Positions 55,719 through 64,000 of a DNA stretch of 64,000 nt are shown here, piece after piece (the first letter of the stretch is position 1; each line of letters opens with the position of its first letter). Source of the DNA: Chrysomallon squamiferum (Eukaryota; Animalia; Mollusca); NCBI GenBank assembly GCA_012295275.1, contig CM022665.1:32302001-32366000 (forward strand), read 5' to 3'. The translations under genes were made by a program, and so were the position numbers. Below the pieces are notes generated by a model, which saw nothing but the letters and a program-made list of their open reading frames with translations, had not been told where the DNA came from and did no database searches.

Positions 55719-55722
<4 letters not shown>

Positions 55723-55800
<78 letters not shown>
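55723..55800. repeat. (GA)n microsatellite (a (TC)n tract also at 54313-54367)
   Basis: Directly visible. Confidence 0.95.
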
Positions 55801-55802
<2 letters not shown>

Positions 55803-58800
55803 TAATAATATGAGAAACTGTAATAACTGAGATGTACTAAAACGTTGCATGATGAAGAAAATAATATGCAAATAATACTTAGTCGTGAATAAGTTTGATG
55901 AAAAAATATTTGCACAATAAAATTATACTCAGACACTCACACAAAACTGAATTTCGAAAGAAAATGATATATTTCATAGTAGAAAAATTATACTAGTTTT
56001 ATTAAATAAACACTAGGGAAAATAATTTTAATATATGATGTAAGAAATCAACATTTATGACAAATATATATATATAATAAAAATAAAAACAAAAATAAAA
56101 TAAAATTCCACCTGCTCTGAATATCGCAAGACAACTAAAAATATATTCAAATTTGCCATTAATTGTAAAGATCGTTGGTCATTTGTGTAAATTACATATC
56201 TCACAATAACTATTAATTAAATTTGTTTAAAGCACTCAGAATACATAGAAAACAAACATATTAATAGTATAGATCATTTTACATATATAATTCTGATTAA
56301 GCTTATGATACTCATAACTATTTGTTGAATCAACAGGTGGTATTACAGGTGATATCTGCCGTATCATGTTTATTATTTGCTAAGTTAAGAGGCTGATAAT
56401 GAACTGAGTCAAATCTACATCGCCGAACTCACAGCAAACCACATTAACACTGCCATTGTCATACATGCACATAACACGTGTACACTAGAGAAAAAACCCG
56501 AATCAAGTTATAATAGTAATTATTGATTTAGGAAATCGGCGATAATATTGTTCTTCCGTTGGACCGAATAATCTGCGCGCAGCAGACGACTACCTTGCTC
56601 AATCGATTTATGTAAGATATTCCAAAATAAACAAAAAGAGACAAAAAAAGAAAAGAAAAGAAGATATTTTTAGGAGAGATAATTGTCCTGTTAAGTGAAA
56701 TAATATACTAGTAACAGTATTAACTAACAACTGGGAGTAGGTGACAGGAATGTATTAATGAAAGGACTCGTTACAAATCGGAAGGATAAATGCTAATTTA
56801 TGAAATGAGCTATTTGATGAAAGAGAAAACAAATATGCCAGAAAAAAGTGTTCGTGTTCATTAATTGTTACATAGTTTATTTTAATGTAGATTCATCTTT
56901 CTTGTATATGAGTAAATACATACGTAAGTATATACTTATATGTAATGTCTACATACTAGAAGCAAAAACTCAAATAATGTATATTATACATTTAAAAAAT
57001 TCATAGAGATACATTCTAAATATATACATATTTGGTAATATCGGCATGTAATTACTGAATAAAAAACCCCACTCATTTAAAAGATATCAAAAATATAGTA
57101 TCAGTCTTATGTGTATGCCTCTTTCAATGAAAATTATTTTTTCCATATATACATTTTATTACTGTACCTAGTCCTTTAACACATAATCTTTTGTTTCATC
57201 ATTGCGATTTTCAATGAGTGTTTCGTTAAAATAATAATAAGACAATCTTCTTTCTTAAGTAATAAAATCATTTACATACCAAAAAGCTTCATCATTATTA
57301 TAATAATATTGCTCTGATAATGGAATTCGCAGTATAAACGATAAGTCAAGGTAAAGATTAAACTTTTACTTTGAATCTACACAGAAGATAAATAAAACAA
57401 AAACGATGAAATTTCATCATTTAGACAGATATACATTCAGCATAAGAAAAAATGTATTAATAAGAGAAAGAACAACTCGGCAGAAAATAAGGGGAGAGTG
57501 TCGGATGCACCAGCCCCTGAATTCGAATAAAAGACAGTCCATTTTAAACAAATGCACTAACAAATAAAACGTGATTTACACTGTATGTAAAACGCTCTTA
57601 ATTTGATCAGCACCAGATTATTGTAGCGCAGTGGAGAAAAAATCAATGATACCTAGAGTTCCAGTACATAAAATGGTAACAGGTTATTTAATACTAATGA
57701 AAATACACAATGCCACTACTCATGCAATAAAATGATCCAAAGCCTTTTTGTTTAGACATAAATATTATATCATGAACAGAATACACAACAACAGAGCGAT
57801 AAGAGGGCATAAAGAACTTGTAATGTTTTTGTGGTAGTTTTCTGAAACTGGAAGAAGTTACTGTATTAAACGCAATCACTAAAAGCGGTGTTAGGATGTG
57901 GTGATGACATTCCTGGAGTTCTAAAAATTGACCTTTTTTACCGACCATGTGTTTATCTTCCAATAATAGTTATTTCATCTTAAAATGTTTATTTATCACG
58001 AGTTGTTGCTTTTCCTGAAAATCCTAAGTGAAAACGATATCGAAATATTTGGCTTAAATGTCATAGAATATATAATTTTTAAAATGAACGTATTACAACG
58101 TGTTTTGGTAGTTCGACAATATCGATCTTAACCCTTCCAGCAGAACAAATATTTTTGACTGAGGAATTTTCTGACAGCTAGAAAATGCATATGGAACCAG
58201 TGGTTCTCACCCAGAAACATTATAATTCGTGACTATAGCTAACTCCAGTAAATGTATAGATACGGTGCAGATGACTGGAATATGAATAACATAATATATA
58301 GCAATTACAAGGTTTTCATTTTATATCAAACTACAAAAATGAAAACAATAAAAAACCAACCACCCTCCCCACAAAAAAACAACAACCAAAAACAAAAACA
58401 GCACCAACATTAGCATTGGCTGTTTTGTTAAAATGAATATATGCAGAAAATCACGAGTACAATAGCCTATTATACATTACAAATCGTAAACATGACAAAT
58501 CTGTATGTAATCAGATTAATGTTATTTTAGAAGAAAACTGACATTTAAAAAAATAAAAAAGCGAAATAGTAACGTTTCTGTAAATTTGAATTGGTATAAA
58601 TGTATTAGTAATCACCAAGTATAAAAAAAATTATTTATTTATTTTATTATTTTATTTTATTTTTTTAAATTGAAAGCTTTATTCTAAATAATGCATAAAT
58701 TTGAAAACTGTTTCTTCTTCTGTTATTTTCTTCTTTCAGCCTACATAATCTATTATAAGTTAATGATCATTTAAATTAGGTAAGATCCTTATTGTATTAG

Positions 58801-58908
58801 TTTTAAAAAAACACAATCTTATTTTAGAAATAAATAAAATAATTACACACACATACATGTTAATACATTTTAATGTTTTGTAACTATTTATACAGGGGCC
58901 TAATAATT

Positions 58909-59032
<124 letters not shown>

Positions 59033-61976
59033 AATAACACTTATAAATAAGCAAGTTTGATGAAATAAACACATAATCTTAATCAGAACATGAGTAACCT
59101 TGATATATGATCTTTCACCAGTTAGAAATGAACTTGTCATTGATAAAAAAAAATTCAAGAAATATGTGAAGCGAAGCCTAACTCAAAAGATCGCCAGTTT
59201 AACAGGTACGTACAGTCAAGTGCTGGAACCGTCTATGTGTTTTTAAAATAATGTTTGCTAAACGTGGGGATGCCAAAATCAGTCAGTCTTGCATGCGCGA
59301 GTAACCGCGACTATTGTACGTTGAAAACATGAGACAAAAACACTGCGTTTTATTGTACGTAACTATAATACTGATTGAATATATGAAATTATAAATTGAG
59401 ACGCGCGTGCATATATATAAGTACGTATATATGTCTTACAAATACGCGAGTGCATTTAAGTGTCTATGCATAAATACATTATTCAAATTTAGTTGTGTAG
59501 CTGTGCTAAACACACTCGAAATTAAACTGATTATCTTATATTATTTAAAAACAAATTATCTGAAAAAAATTAACAAAAGAAAGATGAACTAAACGACTAC
59601 AAAAAACGATACTTAAAAATAAGATTTTGCAGTAAGAGATAAACACTAAATTTAAACACTGTTTATTTAATATAAAATAATGAACACACTGAGCTTAAAT
59701 AAACTTATAAATAAAGTATTTCTCTACAGATTTCAGTATATACAAAGTGACGTCAGTAAAGAGAGCAAAACGGCTGCTTCCATGCTTTTCATTACAATAC
59801 TTTATTATTAACAATGTCTGGTGCTTAGTTACACGATAAACTAATCTTTATACAAAATATATTTATATTATTTCTTCATCAGCAGACATTACCAAACATT
59901 TTATACATAAGCACATTGAAAATGATAATAACAAATTTATTATTTTACCTTTGATATGTACCAAAATATCTTTTGAAGGAAAATTATTGATTTACTTTCA
60001 TACCGTTTCTCTTAAAATTTTCAGGAATAATGTTTTGGTTTGTTGAAACTTGCATTGATCTATATTTCAAATGTAAAAATAAATTAGAAGATGCATGAAT
60101 ATGGGAAGAAATAGGAAGAATCTTGTTCAGCGCTCAACTTCTAGAAGATTTTTATATGCTCTTGCTCTAAAAGAAGAAAATAATTTCCATCCATATTAAT
60201 TCATAAAGATTTACGTTTTCGAGGCTTTAATTTATTATTTTATAACTGAAATAAAAGTTATTTTCCAAAACGACGTATTTCATACTTTTCAAAGAGACTT
60301 GTAAAAAATAAAACAGAAAAGTGTATTTCTTGGCACGGGGAATATTTTATATTTCAAACGTAAATTTCGTACGTTTTTGCGATTTTTGAAGTCTGAAAAC
60401 TAAAAATGTAAATTATAATGATTAGTAACAGTTTGTAGATATTTTTATGAAATAAAGAAACTAAATTACATATTATAATTTTCATTTTTTTTTTTTAAAT
60501 TATTTGAATATTTTTGTACAAATTATATTTTAACGAAAAACAACAACAAAAAAAACATTAAAGAAACGCTTCATATATACATATAAAGAAACTAAAGAAC
60601 TAATAATAATCATTTATTAATTAATAAGCTTTACTTTAGCGTATTGTTTTTAAATAAAATAACATTTTATATAATTTTATCTGCGTTAAGATTAATCAAA
60701 CATGGCAGTCAGCAAATCAAAATATTTTCACATGGTACCCATATCAGTATCTACTTTATATATCTTCGTTAAATTCTTAATGGTGATTTTACTTGAGGGT
60801 ATTTAGACAAGAAAACAAGATTTCGGAAGGCCCGCTCTATGTACAAGTTCAAGGTCGTTACTGTCGACCGGTCGATGTCCTCTTTCCTACTAACATGTTA
60901 TACAGTGAGAAAAACCAATCGATTACTCAATTAATATTAGTAGAATATGCAAATTTATAGGTACATAGAGTACTAAGTACCTGTTAAAAATGAGTTAAAC
61001 ATTTATTATTTTTATTTTTATCATATATTTTGGGGATAAAATGAAATACAAAATATAAATACAGAATTTAAAAATGTATTATTAATTTTTAATCAGAATT
61101 TATTTATAAATCAAAAAACCTATTTAAATTTTTCTTAAGGTTGTTTTATTGATTTTTTTTTCTTTCTTGTTTTCACCCTTTTCATTCATTTTCTTTACAT
61201 TTGTCAAAATCCCCAAAATAAATTTTATTATAATTCACTAATCAACAATAATACAGAGATTAAGTAAATTAAATTTAAATCTAAAAATATAGATTAAAAA
61301 TATTATAGATTAGTACTGTTTATGGCAAAACAAAGAGATAAAATAAATCTTAACTGATTTATTATTATAATTTATAGCAGAAACAAAAACATTCTCAAAT
61401 ATTTACTATTTATTTGTCAACCTATGTTGAAACAAAGAATAATAACGAATACTTCTTGTTCGTTTATCAATAAAAGTTATAGTAGAAAGAAAGAGTTGAA
61501 GTAAATTATTTATCAGTATATTTTATAGCAAAAATGAATATATACATATATATTTAATATCTGTTTATCAGTTCAATTTATTAAAGAAACAAAAAATTTG
61601 ATGCAGTCTTTACTATTTTATCAGTGTATTTTATAAGAGAAATAAAGCTATCTGCTATTTGCTTTTCAATATAATAAATGACAGAAAGAAGGAGTTGTTA
61701 TAAATACCACATAATTATTTATAAATATAATTTATAGCATAGTAAAAATAAAAATAATAAAAAATAAAAAATAAATTCGTTTTATTCTTGTCATTACTTT
61801 TTAAATTAAAAACGCAAATGTAAAACCGAAAAATATCAAACGACTTTGATGTTTCCTCAAAATAACAAATACAAATAGTCACAATGTTTCTGGAAATACT
61901 AAATTATTAACTGTGTAACGTCGTATTATAATAAATGTTTTTGTAAGAAGCATATTTTCAAGGTAGTGCAAAATAA

Positions 61977-61985
<9 letters not shown>

Positions 61986-62051
<66 letters not shown>

Positions 62052-62094
62052 ATATGAACAGATAATACAAACAAACATATACAAAACCCTGTCC

Positions 62095-62179
<85 letters not shown>
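61986..62179. repeat. (CT)n(CA)n ... (GA)n microsatellites
   Basis: Directly visible; the (CT)n and (GA)n tracts are mutually complementary. Confidence 0.9.
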
Positions 62180-62181
<2 letters not shown>

Positions 62182-62419
62182 TGTGTTAATGTAAACAGTA
62201 TTTTAAAAACAGAAAAATAATACTGATTAAGATATAAAATACTCAAAAATTAATTAGTTTAACAAAAATTATTATGTCTATGATGAAAAAATATTTACAT
62301 AGAATAAGAATAATTTTTGTCCAAAACTTTGATAACAAAATGTATAAAATATACGTAACTTATGAAAAAATGAAAACTGAAACAAGAGACACTCTTTTTA
62401 AAAACATGGGTTTATGAGC

Positions 62420-64000
62420 ATTACTAACTGTACTTCTGTTATTACAGCAGTTCACTATTATTTTAGTTCACAATTCTGAACTTTTTTATAAATATTTTAA
62501 TTTCTGTACAATCATTGTAATTATTATATTAACATATTACTGAGTTGACATAACTGTGCTCATTTACTGTATTATTATGTTAAACTGCAATTCCAGTTAG
62601 TATTTAATAGTGTTACAATTATACAGTTAACTGTTAACTGTTCAGTGTGTTAATTTCAAATTCATGCTGTTTCTGTAAACAAGGTATTACAGTAGTTAAC
62701 TTACTGAACTGTTGTTATAATAATGTCATGCTGGTTTTTTTCATTTATTTACAATTAGTGTAATAATTTTTGTAAACAAAATGTTCTGATGTTATTCTAT
62801 TATTTTAGTTTAAAATTACTAAACATTTTTAAAACAACGTTTTATAAATACAGTCAAACTATTAAAATGCTGTTGTGACAGTAGTATGTTCTATTATTTT
62901 AAGTTACAATGACTAAACTGATTTTGTAAACAATGAATTACAAACATAGTCAACCCTTTGAACTGTTTTTTCTAATAATATGTGCTAATATTTTGTACAT
63001 GTTTCTGTAAACGATGTTTTACAAATACAATTGTCTTTCTGAAACACTATTACAATAACATGCTCATATTTTAATTTAAAATTAAATAATGCATTACAAA
63101 TATAACAAAGTTACTGAACTATATCAATAATCCTTTGGTTTTTGTGTTTTTTGTGTTTTCCTGTTGCTATTTGTTTTTGTTTTGTTACAGTTACAGTACT
63201 GTTTTTGTAAATATTATATTACAAATATTGTGAACTTACTGAACTATTACTTTAATGTTTTCATAATAATCTAATAACCATATAATCAATTTACTGAATT
63301 AATACTATACAAATAAAATGATCTGATATTTTATTTGTAATAAGTGTTCTTTGTATGTAAAATTAGAATTAACATACTGTACTATTGTTACAACATGTTA
63401 TATTTTTTCTCACAATTATTTTTTTCTATCTTTGTAAACAAAATTTAATACTGCTGTGGATGACTTATTGTATTTTTATTGTTATATTTTACTTTATTTT
63501 ATTTCACAGTGTTTGTAGCTTTTGTAAACAGTATTAATTGTACTGTTATTGTAATATACTGTGCTATTATTTTAATTTAAAATTAGTGCTGTTTTTGTAA
63601 ACAATATTATTATTGTATACAAAATCACTATTTTTTAAAAATAAGTAACTGTTTTAGCTGTTTTACAGTGCTACTATTTTAATAATAAATTCTACTGTTT
63701 TAATTTAGTTTTACTGTACTGTTTTGTGTTACTGCAGTTGTAATTTTAGTTAAAATTATTACATGGTTTTTGTAAACAATATACCACAGTTAAATTTTAG
63801 TTTGTTATTTTATTTTAATAATATATTCTACTATTTTAATTTAATATTACTGTACTGTTGTAAACTATATGTCACAATTACATTTCAGTTTACTAATATG
63901 TTCTATTATTTAACCACAATGACTGTGCTGTTATTGTAAACAAAATATACTACTGCTTTGGCTAACTTACCACTGTATTTGTTATTGTAACAATATGAGC
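62420..64000 (+). repeat. Degenerate approx. 80-90 bp tandem repeat running off the window end
   Basis: TTTTGTAAACAA, TTCTATTATTTTA and TACTGT recur at spacings near multiples of 75-95 bp. Confidence 0.7.

Noticed and set aside
57280-57295. Third phase-1 ATG mini-exon (MMKLF-G, G|gtatgt)
   Set aside because: AT-rich context with no promoter-like features; it shows how easily such matches arise by chance.

Overview
AT-rich, microsatellite-dense animal genomic DNA. The Lin28 sequence is protostome-like; a mollusc/lophotrochozoan is plausible but not provable from this window. The one firmly identifiable gene is lin-28 on the minus strand. Three phase-compatible coding exons (45670-45776, 40933-41105, 38613-38859) encode the cold-shock domain, a basic linker, two CCHC zinc knuckles and a polyQ tail. 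The short start-codon exon is unresolved, with candidates at 45967-46006 and 55330-55345. Downstream of the stop, the presumed 3' UTR carries several let-7 complementary sites, some with 3' supplementary pairing, and a lin-4/miR-125 8mer lies about 9.3 kb out. The window also shows the probable last coding exon of an unidentified plus-strand gene (628-806) and a perfect 102-bp-arm palindrome just upstream of the CSD exon. Other observations are clusters of E-box, nuclear-receptor and forkhead motifs, exon-like GC islands with short ORFs, and several degenerate repeats. Almost all ORFs in the supplied track are simple-repeat artefacts. I found no rRNA, tRNA, CRISPR array or canonical let-7/miR-100/miR-125 gene.
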